Shown piece after piece: positions 1 to 13,588 of a stretch of DNA of 64,000 bases. Location of the stretch: the NCBI RefSeq assembly GCF_009914755.1, contig NC_060929.1; one strand, given 5' to 3'. The notes beneath the pieces are model-generated. The model was not told the origin of the DNA and made no database searches. It saw only the letters and a list, made by a program, of their open reading frames with translations. This DNA comes from the human T2T-CHM13v2.0 reference genome, Homo sapiens. Position numbers and translations under genes: made by a program. How positions within the stretch are numbered: the first letter of the stretch is position 1; each line of letters begins with the position of its first letter.

Positions 1-619
1 TGTATAACTGTGAATCATGACATGAACAAAAGCTACAACCCTCTGTACTCCTGATAGCTATTTTATAATCTCTTATGTTATACTTGTCAACTGAAGCCTA
101 GGTAAGAGTTAGTGTGACCTTGTGCACGTACAATGGCCTTGGGCAGTTAACACAGCCCATCTCATCAGATGGTTGTGAGGTTCTAAGTATTTATTACATA
201 GCAGGAATCATCGTTAATCAATTAATCACCACCCCATCATTTAATTTATGGATTAGGAACGAATATCATCCCCTCTTGATAAATGAGACAATAGAAGTCC
301 AGAGAGTTTAGGTAATTTGGTAAGCAATTATTTGAGTCTGAATGCAGGCAGGCTCTGGGCTCCAGAGCTCATGTCCTTCATGGTTAAGATGATGAGGATC
401 AAGTGGACCACAGATAAAAGCCTTTGAAAAGCACATTGTGTATTGTGCGTGAGTGTTAGTTAGACACGAGTCATATTAAAGATACTCGTGATAACAGTGA
501 GAAGATTAACAGTGAACATTTTGAAGTTTCTTAAATTTGTTTTAAGACTTTCATTTTTTAATGATAATAAGTGCAGCTCTTAGCACTGCACATCAATAAG
601 TAAAAGATGTACCAATTGC

Positions 620-1399
620 TGTGGGTTCCCCAGGAAACAGGCTGATATGATTTGGCTCTGTGTCCCCACCAAATTCTCGTGTTGAATTGTAACTCCTGGT
701 GTTGGAGGAGGGGCCCGGTGCGAGGTGATTTAATCACGGGGGCGGACTTCCCCTTTGCTGTTACCGTGATAGTGTTCTCACGAGATCTGGTTGTTTTAAA
801 GTACGTAGCACCTCCCCCTTCTCTCCGTTTTCCTCCTTCCTGCCATGTTGAATGTGTCAGCCTCTCCTTCACCTTCCACTCTGATTGTAAGTTTCCCCAG
901 GCATCCTTCCTGTACAGCCTGTGGAACTGAGAGTCAATTGAACCTCTTTTCTTTATAAATTACCCAGGTAGTTCTTTATAGCAGTGTGAGAACAGACTAA
1001 TACATAGGCTCTGAGAGGGAGAGGTTTATTGGAAGCTCTCTCAGGAGATACACCTGTGAAGAAGCGAGGACGACAGGACTAGGCAGAGCGAAGTGCTGAT
1101 ACACAAAGTGGTTGCACCTGAGGTCTTACCCAATTGTACTGGGAGCTGGGATGCCATTTCAGAGTTTCCCACCCCAACGTTTAGCCCAGGGGGACTTTAT
1201 GTTACTACTTAGCCACTCATTAGTCATGGGCTGCTCCCCTGGAGGGGAAGTAACCATGAGTGGGACAGTTCCCTGCGAGGGGAGGAAATTCCCAGTGAGG
1301 GATGCAGCTGTGAACCATCAGCAGCTAGTATTCTCAGCAGCTGCAAGAAGAATGCTCGAGTCCTGAAGATCTGGGTGAGACACCACAGTATCCACTATA
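620..1399 (-). mobile_element. LTR16-family (ERVL) solo LTR, interrupted by an MST LTR at 643-1004
   Basis: The reverse complement starts TATAGTGGATACTGTGGTGTCTCACCCAGATC...TTCAGGACT and ends ...CTCAGAGCC[insert]TGTTTCCTGGGGAACCC, matching my recalled LTR16A-type consensus. Confidence 0.7.
643..1004 (+). mobile_element. MSTA-like ERVL-MaLR solo LTR
   Basis: Starts TGATATGATTTGGCTCTGTGTCCCCACC and ends GTGAGAACAGACTAATACA; 5-bp TSD CAGGC (638-642) / TAGGC (1005-1009). Confidence 0.9.
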
Positions 1400-1597
1400 C
1401 CACCTCTTACAAAAGGTGAAAAAAGCCCCAAACGCATAATTAACTAAAAGTAAAAATACAAATGGCAAAGAAAACTATGAAAAACATAGTGTTTATTAAC
1501 AAGAAAATGTCAATTACAACAATTTTCTCCTATCAATTGGCGTAGATGAAAAAATAGCTAATGAACTATAGTGAGAGTACCCCAAGGTAGGCCTAAT

Positions 1598-1760
1598 TTT
1601 TATTAAATAATTCTTTTAGAAATAATTTCAAACTTAAAAGAGTAGCAGGTACAGTACAAAGAACCCTTACATCCCTTCACCCAGATTCTTTATGTATTAA
1701 CATTTCATCACATTTGTGTAAATACTCTGTGTGTATGTACATTTATACTTACCTATATCA
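1598..1760 (-). mobile_element. Old L1 (L1MC/L1ME) 3' end fragment
   Basis: AAATAATTTCAAACTTA...AAAGAACCC...CCCTTCACCCAGATTC...TTAACATTT is typical of the reverse 3' UTR of L1MC/ME. Confidence 0.6.
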
Positions 1761-1819
1761 TCTGTATCTCTATTGATTGCCCCTTGTATACAGAGTTTTT
1801 ATTTATTAAACTAAGATGA

Positions 1820-2040
1820 TAAAAGCAGTGTCTTGAAATTCAGATCTGAGTTTGAGTCCCAGTCACTCATTTTCTGTGGGACCTTGAGCAAGATAGATTT
1901 TCTTATGATCTCTGTTTCTTCAGTTGTAAAATGGAGATAACTCCTGTGTTCTTTTTTCTTGTTGTTCAAATTAGATCCTCCATACAGAACTCAGCACTGG
2001 CTAAGATTTCAGTAAATGTTAGCTGCTGTCATTGCTGTCT
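1820..2040 (+). mobile_element. MIR SINE
   Basis: Degenerate MIR core GACCTTGAGCAAG...CTCTGTTTCTTCAGTTGTAAAATGGAGATAA and 3' end CAGTAAATGTTAGCTG. Confidence 0.7.
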
Positions 2041-2789
2041 TCATTATTCTTAGCTCCTTGAAAGCTGGGACTACACCTCGTGCATTGCTGTGAATCCTCA
2101 GAGCTTAGCACTGCATCTTTCTGGGTCCCCAGGAAATGTTTATGGATCAATTTGCTTTTTTTACTCAACATATTATAAGATCAGGCCCATGAGGGTGTTG
2201 CCAGGGGCTCCTTTGGAAGGCTGTCCCTTGGACTTCAGTAGGAGAGGCTGTAGAGAATGAAAGCAGCACTCAGAAGTGGAAACTTTGTTAATGACTGTGC
2301 TCCAGCGAAAATAGGCGATTCATTGGTTGACCAAATAAAAAGAGTATTATTCAAGAAATTCCCTTCTCTCCCTTGCTCTTTGAAGCTCCTCATGAATGTT
2401 TTGCCTATGTATATTGTCTGCCATACAGTATTTTGGAACGACAACAATAAAAACTGGTAAGACCAAGAAGAGGAGAAAATTTCGTAATTCTCAGTCCTTA
2501 GAGTCCCTTAAAGGAAGTATTTACATCTAAAGAAATGCTTGTGCCTCTGCCTGTCTCCTTCAGCTGGCTGCTCTCCTCTACATTCGGTGGCCTTGGGAAC
2601 ACCAAAGATGTGGCCTTGGCAACACTTGCACATCGAGGTCAAGAGGCCAGGAAGGTGACGGTGGATGGTGGCAGGGGTGAAGTGATGTATATAGGAGGGG
2701 AGGGCTTTTGTTCAGTGAATATGGTATGAGGTAAGCAGGAGCCTAGATAGGTTTCACATCACTTTTTGTTGGCTGGCTGTATATATCCA

Positions 2790-3310
2790 ATGAATTAGCC
2801 TTTTTGTTAACAGTAACAGGCGACCAACTTCAAGCAGACAAAGCCACAGGGAGAGTTACTGGTACAGTTTGCAGATTCCAAGGAAAGGCTACACCCAGGG
2901 CAGCTCCTGGGACCTCTGAGGGTTGGAGCCTACCTGGAGTCTCCCTTTCATCCCTGTTTCTCTCTGAGGCTTGACCTCATGCTCCCAGTTTCTTATGGAA
3001 AAGGGCATAACTGCTGGCAACGTGCATCATGACCTTACATAACATGACTGCTGGCAACGTGCATCATGTCCTTACAGCTAGCATCAAAGAAGACAGAAAT
3101 TATTCTCTTCCCCAAAACTGTCTGAAAAATCATGGGGAAAGGACCCTGGCCTGGCTGGGATTATGCATCTGCCCCTGATATGAAGCCCTGAGGCTGGAGT
3201 TGGGGAGGCTGTGATTAACTCAGCCCACCTGTGTTCAAAAGGACAGGGTTTGTATCCAGGCAAAGGTGAGATGTCAGGAAGCCAGCTCAGTTTGCAGAGT
3301 GTTACCTACT
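2790..3310 (-). mobile_element. Ancient MLT1 (K/L-like) MaLR LTR remnant
   Basis: Degenerate similarity to the reverse of old MLT1 LTRs; boundaries approximate. Confidence 0.45.
3006..3076. repeat. Tandem duplication, period 37 bp, two copies
   Basis: CATAACTGCTGGCAACGTGCATCATGACCTTACA (3006-3039) vs CATGACTGCTGGCAACGTGCATCATGTCCTTACA (3043-3076), 32/34 identical. Confidence 0.95.
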
Positions 3311-4350
3311 TCTGCAGAGAAAGCTGGGGACTTGCTATCATTTCCCTTGTATCACTTCTGTTACTCCTGTAGTATTTTGGCCCTGCCTTCCTCAGAGAGG
3401 TGAATTCTTTGTAATTTTGTCCCAGCCTTTAAAACCAGATACCCATCCATTCCCCTGGACAAGGTCCAATCTCAATGAGCCTTGGCCTTTCTAACCTCAC
3501 GGCAAATGTCTTTGCCCATTTGCCTGCCTTTCTGACCTAATTTTAACACCCCCATTCTATTCCAGAGCATCCTGCCTTCTAACTCCTTTGAAGTTTACTC
3601 AAAATTCTCATCCTGAACTGGACTTTTGGACTCAACAACAAAAGGTAGCTTCTTCTGGGACTTTGGCCTTCAGAGTTCTTTAGGGTCTGGTTTGGGATCC
3701 CTTCATGGTGCTGTTGGTCTGCACCCTCCTGGCTTAGCTCTAGCCCAGGGTTACCACACTGGCACTGGTAGTGTTCTGAGAGTGAGGACCAGGGAGATCT
3801 GAACTTGAGTGACAGGGTGTAAGGTGTCAGTCACTGAGTGGTATTCCTTGCTCTGCTGTGGAAGGACTCGGCAGAGAGGATCCATGCATGGGTGCACTGA
3901 ATTCCACATTTTTTCCTGAGGAGGCTCTCTGTGAAGGCCATAAGAGGCATCATCTATAACTCCCCCACTCAGGTGTACAGATGCTACCATGCTAAAGTTC
4001 AAAGGCCAAAGTGGAATCTCTTCATTCACATCCCAAACCCTTAATTGAAAGAGATATTGCTCTTAATTTTTCTTAAATGTGCCCAGCATTGCCAGTTCTG
4101 GCATAAGGGGAACACATAACTATGAAGTTGGAGGGTCCTGCCATTGGTTTCCTGTGATTTAGGACCCTCTAGGGGATATGTATTTTTCTAACTTAATTAT
4201 TTTAATATCCTTTGTATTCTTATTCACTGAAGAAATAGATTCCAACCAAAGATGGAAGGGTACTAGTAGAACCAAGAATACCCAGCAATAATAGTTGCTA
4301 TGTGCCGAGTGCATACCATGTACTAAGTGCGTTTATGTGTTTTTTCCCCA

Positions 4351-5190
4351 TTTATTATTTATTTTTAGATTCAGGGGGTGGATGTGTGGGTTTGTTACAT
4401 GGGGATATTTTGTAAGGCTGAGGTTTGGGCTTCTAATGATCCTGTTGCACAAGCGGTGAACATAGTACCCAATAGGTAGTTGTTCAACCCTTCCTCCCCT
4501 GCTTTGGAATCCCCAGTGTTTGTTGTTCTCAACTTTGTGTCTATGTCTACCTAATGTTAAGTTCCCACTTATAAGACATAATATGTATTATTTGGTTTTC
4601 TGTGTCTGCATCAATTCACTTAGGATAATGGCCTCCAGTTGCATGCATGTTACTGCAAAGGACACAGTTTTGTTCTTTTTTATGGCTGCATAGTATTCTG
4701 TGGTGTGTATGTAGCATACTCTCTCTATCCAATCTACCACTGATGGGCACCTCGGTTGATTCCACATCTTTTCTATTGTGAATCATGTGTGATGAACATG
4801 TGAGTGCATGTGTCTTTTTGGTAGAACTATTTGTTTTCCTATGGATATATACCCAGGAATATATGGGATTGCTGGGTCAACTGGTAGTTCTATTTTTAGT
4901 TCTTTGAGACATCTCCAAACCACTTTTCACAGGGACTGAACTAATTTGCATTCCCACCAATAGTGTCAACTATTGTTTGTTGTGTGTTTCTTTTTCTCTG
5001 CAACCTCACCAACATCTGTTATTTTCTGACTTTTTAATAAAGCCATTCTAATTGGTGTGAGATGGTATCTCATTGTGGTTTTGATTTGCATCTCTCTGAT
5101 GATTAATGATGTTGAAACTTTTTCTCCTGTGTTTGTTGGATGCTTATATGTCTTCTTTTGAGAACTGTCTGTTCATGTTGTTTGCCATTT
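4351..5190 (-). mobile_element. 5'-truncated L1PA15/16-like LINE-1 (3' UTR and end of ORF2)
   Basis: T-rich tail, then TTTAGATTCAGGGGG...GGCTGAGGTTTGGGCTTCTAATGATCC; ORF2 end GGTGTGAGATGGTATCTCATTGTGGTTTTGATTTGCAT. Confidence 0.9.
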
Positions 5191-5249
5191 AGGGAATTTT
5201 TAGATAGGTCCCCAATTTTATATATATTTTTATTTCCTGTATTTTTTTC

Positions 5250-5450
5250 CAGTTAACAGATATTTAATAAATTATTTCTGTTTGCCAATAGTCTGTGTTA
5301 GGTATTCTCGGAAATGAAAAAGGAAAACACAGTGTCTACCTTTGAGAGCCTTGGAGTCTCATTGGGGAGATAGTTAACAAACAAAAATATCTGACACTAT
5401 AATGGCAAGTGCTGTAAAGAAAAGAAGCATATAAGGATCTCAGTGCATAG
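5250..5450 (-). mobile_element. L2 3' end fragment
   Basis: TTAACAGATATTTAATAAA...TGTGTTAGGTA...GTCTACCTTTGAGAGCCTTGGAGTCT...GGGGAGA resembles the reverse L2 tail. Confidence 0.55.
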
Positions 5451-5492
5451 CAGGTATTGGGAAGGGAGTCATTATAAACTGAGGTGATAGGG

Positions 5493-5985
5493 TGTATTAG
5501 TGTCTTGTGGCTGCTGTAACAAATTGTTGCAAACTTAGTGGCTTAACACAACACAAGTTTATTCTCTTATAGTTCTGGAGGCCAGAAGTCTACAATTAAG
5601 GTTTTGGCAGAGCTGCATTCCTTCTAGTGACTCTCGGAAGAATCAATTTATTTATCTTTTCCAGCTTCTGTAGGTTTTCTGCATTCCTTTTTTTTTTTCT
5701 TTTTGCTCATGGCCCCCTTCCGGCTAGCAATTGCAACACTCTGCCCTCTACTTCTAGCAGCCATGCATCCCCATTTCTAACTCTCCTGCCTCCCTCTTTC
5801 ACTTATAAGGACCCTTGTGATTACATTTGGCCTACCCAGATAATCGAGCAAAATCTCCCAGTTAAGGTTCCTTAATTTAATAACATCTGTAAATTCTCTT
5901 TTGCCCTGTAAGGTAACATATTCATAGGTTCTGAGGATTAAGACTTGAGCGTCTTTGGTGATGGGGCATTATTTTGCCTACTACA
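5493..5985 (-). mobile_element. MLT1C/D-like MaLR solo LTR
   Basis: TGTATTAG...GGCTGCTGTAACAAAT...AGTTCTGGAGGCCAGAAGTC...CATTATTTTGCCTACTACA, with TG..CA termini. Confidence 0.85.
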
Positions 5986-6825
5986 GAAGGCTAGTTTGTC
6001 TTGAAGTTTTCTTCTAACTTGAAAATTCCACGGGTTGATTGGAGCCATGTCAGCATGATTTGTCTCATTTAATCACTAGCCCTGACTGTGTACTCTCATT
6101 GTGTCTCACTGTGCTCAATGAAGAGACAACTTTGTGGAGTTCCAATTCCTTCTGTGAATCTTGACCTTTGCGCTGCTACAGAAGGAGTCATGTGGAGGAA
6201 TTACAATATTTAATACCAAGGATTTCGAAACCCAAGCTGTTTTTGTGATAAACAACAGTCACTAAAGGACATCTTTTGTCTCCTGCTCAGTCACAACTCA
6301 AACCCTGAGCTGACAAGCTTACTCTTTCCTCTTAGATCGTGGCCAGTCTGTATCACACGGGGCTTGGAAAGTAGTCATAAGAGAACACACTTTCATTACT
6401 GTGGCCTGAAAAGTGCAGGTAGGGTATGAAAAATCAAAGGGATGGAACATAGAGATGGGCAAAGTATGTCTGCTGGAAATGGAGTGGGAACTGAGTGAGG
6501 ATTATGGGATTCTTCACCGTTTGTGCAAATAAGCAGAGGCAGTGGAGGTCCAGATAGTACTAAACAACAGATATTTAGAAAGTCACTGACTTGCAGCTTT
6601 GAAATAAAGTCTTTGTTTTTATAATGCTTTAACTTTCACAATGACCTATTGCTTTGGCTACTAAAAGTTAGATAGTTTTCCCTGAGCCAAACCAAAGAAT
6701 GTGGGGGTAATGAGAGGCTGAGGGATGCTGGCTCAGGACTGAATAATTGACTGGAAGTATTATTCTCCCTTTTGGGTTTTTAAGCTGTCCCCCATTGGCT
6801 CATTTTTATTTGTAAAGAGAGTTTC

Positions 6826-7413
6826 TGTGGGCACTATAAGTTGCCTACACAGCAGAATTCCCTGCCGTCCTTCTGAACACATCCCTAATTGTGTGCAGGT
6901 ATCCACCCTGCTCTCTTGCAAGACAAGTGCCTCCAAGGATGCTGCTTCTACCATCAGCACTGGCAAGGAGAACCCGATTGGTTTAAGTGTAATCTCATCA
7001 TGCTGGCTGGTGATTGGTTCAAGAATGGGCATGTGGTCCTTTGTGTTTCATTGCTGGCCATTGAGACATAAAGAGAGTTTGTGGGTAGCCATGGAGACTG
7101 TTCTTATTTGCTTTTAAGAGATGTTGAATGTCACTGTCTTTCCCTCTATGGATGGAAATAGAGAAGTATGTAGCTCCAAATTCTTCTAGTGACAATTATA
7201 TAACTGTGAGAAAACAAACCAAAACAACATACCCTCCTAGCATTACAAGGAGCGATAAAAAGAAGCTAATGCTTGATCACGTGCTGGACTGCATGGATCA
7301 ACAAACTCTGGAACCTGCTTTGTCTCTGAACTTTCTGTTATGTAAGTCATTCCTCAACTGTTTATGCTATTCCGGGTTATGTTTTCTTACTTGCAGCTGA
7401 AAGCATCCTAATA
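6826..7413 (+). mobile_element. MLT1J-like MaLR LTR
   Basis: Internal GTGATTGGTTCAAGAATGGGCATGTG and 3' end TTACTTGCAGCTGAAAGCATCCTAA. Confidence 0.7.
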
Positions 7414-7829
7414 CCTATGCTTCAAGTAGTCATTGTGGCTCTAATGTCCCCTGACTAGCTCCAAGGCTTGGCCTCCTAACTTGGGGAACTGTAGCTTTTT
7501 TCATAATCTCCAGCTGGTATTTTTGGGAGTTCTAGATGTTCTTGAATCAACTTGGGCAGCGTTTCAGTGCTGTTCTCTTTATCTCTTAACTGTCCAGTTC
7601 CTGCAGGGCCTCCATTGAGGCTTAGCAGCTTTAAAAAAAAAATTAGAAGGAGAGTGCTCCCTCCCTCTGTTACATTCTCAGTCTGTAGGTAGCAGTAGTG
7701 ATCCTAAAACAGGGATGCTTGAGTTCCGAAGTATTAAAGAGATAAAAAGGCCAGTACTTTTATTTTTGTAAAATTTAGATACACAATTCCCTGTTGACCT
7801 TCAGGCTCTGTAGCTAAATTTGGCTAGAC

Positions 7830-8134
7830 CAGTGTCCAAGATAAATATAATACAAAATACAGGTGTAACTTTAAGTCTTCTAGCAGCTGCCTTAAAAAAG
7901 CAAAAAGAATCAGGTAAAACTAATTTCAATAATATATTTTATTTACTTCAACATGCAAAAAATTATTTCAATATGCAATTGATATAAAAGCTTTTTAAGA
8001 GATATTTTATGTGAGTTTTTCCAAAGCAAGTCTTCAAAATCCCATGCACATTTAATCTCAATTTAGACTAGCTACATTTCAAGTACTCAGTAGCCACATG
8101 TGTTTAGTGGCTGCTGCCATTTTGAACAGCACAG
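7830..8134. mobile_element. MER33/MER3-like hAT-Charlie non-autonomous DNA transposon
   Basis: AGCTACATTTCAAGTACTCAGTAGCCACATGTG...TTGAACAGCACAG; perfect 8-bp TSD GGCTAGAC at 7822-7829 and 8135-8142. Confidence 0.9.
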
Positions 8135-9269
8135 GGCTAGACTCTGCCAAAGTTCTGCCCACAGAGGTAATTTGCTCCAAGTGGCTTTTTCCTCCTTTCT
8201 TGAACTCTGATTTATTTTCCCTCTAATCCCAGAGCTGCTTTCTTCTTTTGGTTTTTCAGATGTGTGTCCATATGTTTGAACTCCAACTGTGAATATGGCT
8301 GGAGTTAATGACTTCCCCCAGAAAACTTCTCAGCTCTTATTTAAATAAATAAATTTAATTGTTTGCAAATGGAGCTAAGTGGGTGGGAGGAGCTGTTTAT
8401 GAATGCAAACATATATTTGCTTGAGGGGAAAGGTGTTATCCAAATCAAATTTCTTTTACCAGAGCAAACAATTTCTTCCTTCGTGTTAAACCCAATGGAC
8501 ACTTTCTAATTCTTTTTTTTTTTTATCTGACCTTCCCATTGACTTTGCTGAACACCATTTTGTTCCTGAAAGTCTCTCTTCTCCTGGCTTCCATGACACT
8601 TGCCTCTCCTAGCTCTTCTGCTTCTCTGACTGCTCCAACTTGGGGCTCCCCTTTTACTGCCCTTCCCTTAAAGGTGATGCTCCAATGGTTACATCTTTGA
8701 TCTTCCTGTCTTTTGTACTCCATATATTCACCATCAATACTTTCATCCATCCATGGCTTAATTGTAATTTACATACAAATATTTCCCAAATATGTATGTT
8801 CAGCCCGTATTCATCTCCTGACCAAACCCATATAATACATTGTTCATGAATCAACCCCTTTTAGATATCTGAAGGGTCACCATTTGTAAAACTGAAGTCA
8901 TTACTTTTCCTCCTCTAAACTGGACTCTCTACTTTTGTTTTTTGTTTTACTAAACGGTACCACTAACCATTCAGTTGACCAGCCTGAAACGGGTTGTTGT
9001 TCTAAATTAAATGCCTCTCTGTCTCTCACCTCCCCTATGTAATAATCAGCAAGTCCTTCTGATTAAACTTAACTACAATCTCTTGATTGAGTCACATATT
9101 CCCCTCATTCCCACTGCTACCATTTTGTCTTTTCTCAATTAACCTCTGACTAGTTCCTTGCCATCACTCTTGATCCTTCTTTCCAGCCTCCTTATTGCAC
9201 TGAAAGGAGCTTTTCTCAAACAGAAATTACTGGTCAATCCCTTGTTTCTTTGCTTAAAATTAAACTTTA

Positions 9270-9470
9270 AAAAAAAATTTTATTTTAAGTTCTAGATACA
9301 TGCACAGAACGTGCAGTTTTCTTACATAGATGAACATGTGCCATGGTGGCTTGCTGCACCCATCAACCCATCAACCGTAGGTATTAAGCCCTGCATGCAT
9401 TAGCTGTTTATCCTGATGCTGTCCCTCCCTGCCTCCACAGGCCCCAGTGTGTGTTGTTCTCTTCCCTGTG
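9270..9470 (-). mobile_element. L1PA8-like 3' UTR fragment
   Basis: TTTTATTTTAAGTTC...CATGTGCCATGGTGG...GCTGCACCCATCAACCC...GGTATTAAGCCC...GGCCCCAGTGTGTGTTGTTC. Confidence 0.85.
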
Positions 9471-9632
9471 ATCTGGCTTCTACCTTCCTCTCCCATATTT
9501 CTGCCTGCTTGTGCTCTACCTTCAACTTACAATGAACTTGAGGTTCCTTTTTGTCTCCTGGGCCTTTGCTTGTGCTGTTCCTCTGCCTTGGACAGTCTTT
9601 CTGCCACCTTCTTTCCCTGGCTAATTTGATCC

Positions 9633-10495
9633 TAGCAGTTCTAAAATTTTTGGTCTCAGAACTCCTTTAAACTATAAAAATTATTGAGGACCCCAAAGAG
9701 TTCTTATGAGTAGAGGCATTATCTATAAATTGTTACTGTATTTGGAATTAAGCTAAGAAATCTTGAAAATAATTCTTCATTGATTGACTTTAAAATACAA
9801 TACATAAATAATGACAATACCTAAATAACATTTTATGGAAATGACTATTGACAAGACAAAACATATTAGTGAGAAGAGTGGCATCATTTTACATTTTTGC
9901 AAATATCTGTAGTGTTTGGCTCAATAAAAGACACTGGTCTCATATCTGCTTCTGAACTCAATCTCTGTAATATGTTGTTTTAGTCAAAGTATGTGAAAAA
10001 GATCTAGCTTCAAGTAGTATATAGTTGGAATATTAGTTTATTAGGGCTACTGTAACAAAGTGCACAAACTGAGTGACTTAAACATAAATTAATTTCCTCA
10101 CAATTCTGAAAACTGGAAGTCTGAGATCAGCATGGCTGTGCCCCCTCTGAAGGTAGTGGGGAAGAATCCATCCTCTCTCCTAGCTCCTGGTAGTTTCTTA
10201 GCTTATGGCAGCATAACTCCTGTCTTTGCATGGAGTTCTCTCTATCTGTGTGTCTATTTCTGTGTCAAAAATTTCTCCTGTTTATAGGGATACTTGCCAT
10301 GTTTGAATAGGGCCTATTCTAATGATCTCATTTTAACTTGATCACCTCTGCAAAGACCGTTTCTACAAATAGGGTCATATTCTGAGGGGGTAAGGACTCT
10401 ACTATATCTTTTTGGGAAAGTGGAAAAGGCAGTACTTCCCAGGATCCTTCTAACAGAGTCTCAGATATCCTTGGGTCACACTTTGAAAAACACTG
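9633..10495. mobile_element. Charlie1-like hAT DNA transposon, interrupted by an MLT1 LTR
   Basis: Termini TAGCAGTTCTAAAA...TTTGGTCTCAG and CACACTTTGAAAAACACTG; degenerate 8-bp TSD TTTGATCC (9625-9632) / CTTGAACC (10496-10503). Confidence 0.75.
10031..10420 (-). mobile_element. MLT1B/C-like MaLR LTR
   Basis: TATTAGTTT...AGGGCTACTGTAACAAAGT...CTGGAAGTCTGAGATCA...TTAACTTGATCACCTCTGCAAAGACC; candidate TSD TGGAA at 10026-10030 and 10421-10425. Confidence 0.8.
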
Positions 10496-12020
10496 CTTGA
10501 ACCCATCCTTCAAGTCTCAGTTGAGAAGTTGCTACTCTGCAAAGCCCTTCCTGACTCAAGCCCATGCTGAGTGCTTCTCCTATGTACTCTGCAACATCCT
10601 GGGGTTCCCTTTTCAGAGCACTTATCATACTACTGTGGAATTCCTTCTAGAGGAATCTATTTCCACTGCTGGACCTGACCATAAAAATTGAGATCAATTG
10701 ACCATGGTCAGGAATCACTATTTTGTAAGTTTTATTTTGAGCAATATGGCAAAATATAATTCAAGTTGACTTTTATAGGTTTTAAATATTTTATTAAAAA
10801 AAATCCTCTAAACTATTTTTGAGAGAATTTTTTAAAATAACCTTTTTAGCACATAAACTCTCTAAGGTACATCCTTTAGATCAGCAATAGTACGGTGGTA
10901 ATTTAAAAGAGTAAATTATTAATATGTTCATTAAAATGCATAAAGCCATCCTGTGGTGGATATATTTGCCAGTGTTTATAAAAAGAACTTTTTATAGCCT
11001 CATTAGAAGTTCTTAAAATATAAACTGCTTAGGGAAATGCATGAAACTATAGCTCTGAAAGGACTCTAATTTCCTATAAAATGTTTGGAACATTACATTG
11101 CTAAAGTAGTATTTATGCATTTTGACTGTGGGTTAATAATGCACATCAATGCAATGAAATACAATTTGTCTATACTAGACCAGAAATGGTGGTAGAGATT
11201 CTGACTGTACACAGTTAATTCTAAATATCCTAACCATTTTCTCTTTCTTCTCTTTTATATGTGATTGTCAAAAGTAATTAAATTTTTGGTTCATATAATT
11301 CAGTCGCCAACCACTTCCCCAACTGTGTTCATGGGCCTGCCTTCCTTAGAGATAAAACCCAAGTGCTTTCCAAGCCAAGAATATCAATGTTAGTGAAGAT
11401 CTATGAAAACAAACTTTGATTGAAAACATATTTATTTTGAACTGAACTTCAAGTGATTTTAGTTTTGTTGACTAGATTTGGCAAGACGGTCACTGTTGAG
11501 GTTATACCTCCTTTTGCTGCTTCCTTTTGAAGTCAGGATCTGTCCTTGTGGCTGATGTGGAGAGCAGAGCATTCTGTGTTATATCAATTCTAACTTTCAA
11601 GAGAGGAGTTTTAACACATGTGTTTATGACAGAATGTGGTAATGTTCTCCATCTTGGCCACTGGATTGACTTGGATTCCTTCTTGGCTGCCATGACTACA
11701 AACAAAATGGGAGAAAGTTCTGGAAAAGATTTCATTGAATTCCTGCAGCCCAAGTCACTGCTTATTCTATTCTCTCTTCTCTTTTCTAATCCAGTTCCCT
11801 GTAATACTCTCCCATGTATAAATAATTTTTCTAAAATTATTTACCTGTCTGTACCTCTGACCCCTTGGAGAATGCCTGGATTTATGTTAATTTGATGTTG
11901 GTGATTGTTATTTTAGGTGCTGGATTTGAAATGTTTTTTGGAATTCTTTTATTTTTTAATTGGCAGAATTAAAAAAAAACAATTAGCAGATATTGTTTTC
12001 ACAAAAATAGGAATTCTACT

Positions 12021-12371
12021 TGATATGGTTTGGCTCTGTGTCCCCACCTAAATCTCACCTTGAATTGTAATCCCCATAATCCCCATGAGTCAAGGATGGG
12101 ACCAGATGGAGGTAATTGAATCATGGAGGTGGTTTCCTCCACGGTGCTCTCATGATAATGAGTGAGTCTCGTGATCTGATGGTTTTATAAGTGTCTGGCA
12201 TTTCCCCTGCTTGCACTCATTTTCTCTTTCCTGCTGCCCTGTGAAGAAGGCGCCTTGCTTCCTCTTTGCCTTCTGCCATGATTATAAGTTTCCTGAGGAC
12301 TCACCAACCATGCTGAACTGTAAGTCAATTAAACCTCTTTCCTTTGTAAATTACCCAGTGCTATGTATATA
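12021..12371 (+). mobile_element. THE1D-like MaLR solo LTR
   Basis: TGATATGGTTTGGCTCTGTGTCCCCACC...GTGAAGAAGG...AAACCTCTTTCCTTTGTAAATTACCCAGT; 5-bp TSD CTACT at 12016-12020 and 12372-12376. Confidence 0.9.
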
Positions 12372-12475
12372 CTACTTTAAGAAAATTTGTCGAATTAATG
12401 TGTTTTCTCAACCAATAGTTACTGAAGTTTACTGTATTATGTATGAATTCTTAAAGCGGATTGAAAAAAGACATC

Positions 12476-13588
<1,113 letters not shown>

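Larger units (their letters stand above)
8525..10690 (+). mobile_element. L2 LINE in pieces (about 8525-9260, 9470-9630, 10500-10690), split by younger insertions
   Basis: L2-like motifs CTCTCTTCTCCTGGCTTCCATGACAC, TGTGATCTGGC, GCTGTTCCTCTGCCTTGGA and CATCCTTCAAGTCTCAG occur in collinear order. Confidence 0.75.

Noticed and set aside
11502-11895. Overlapping 122-aa and 83-aa ORFs in unique DNA
   Set aside because: Non-ATG start on the longer one, no recognisable homology, and lengths compatible with chance.
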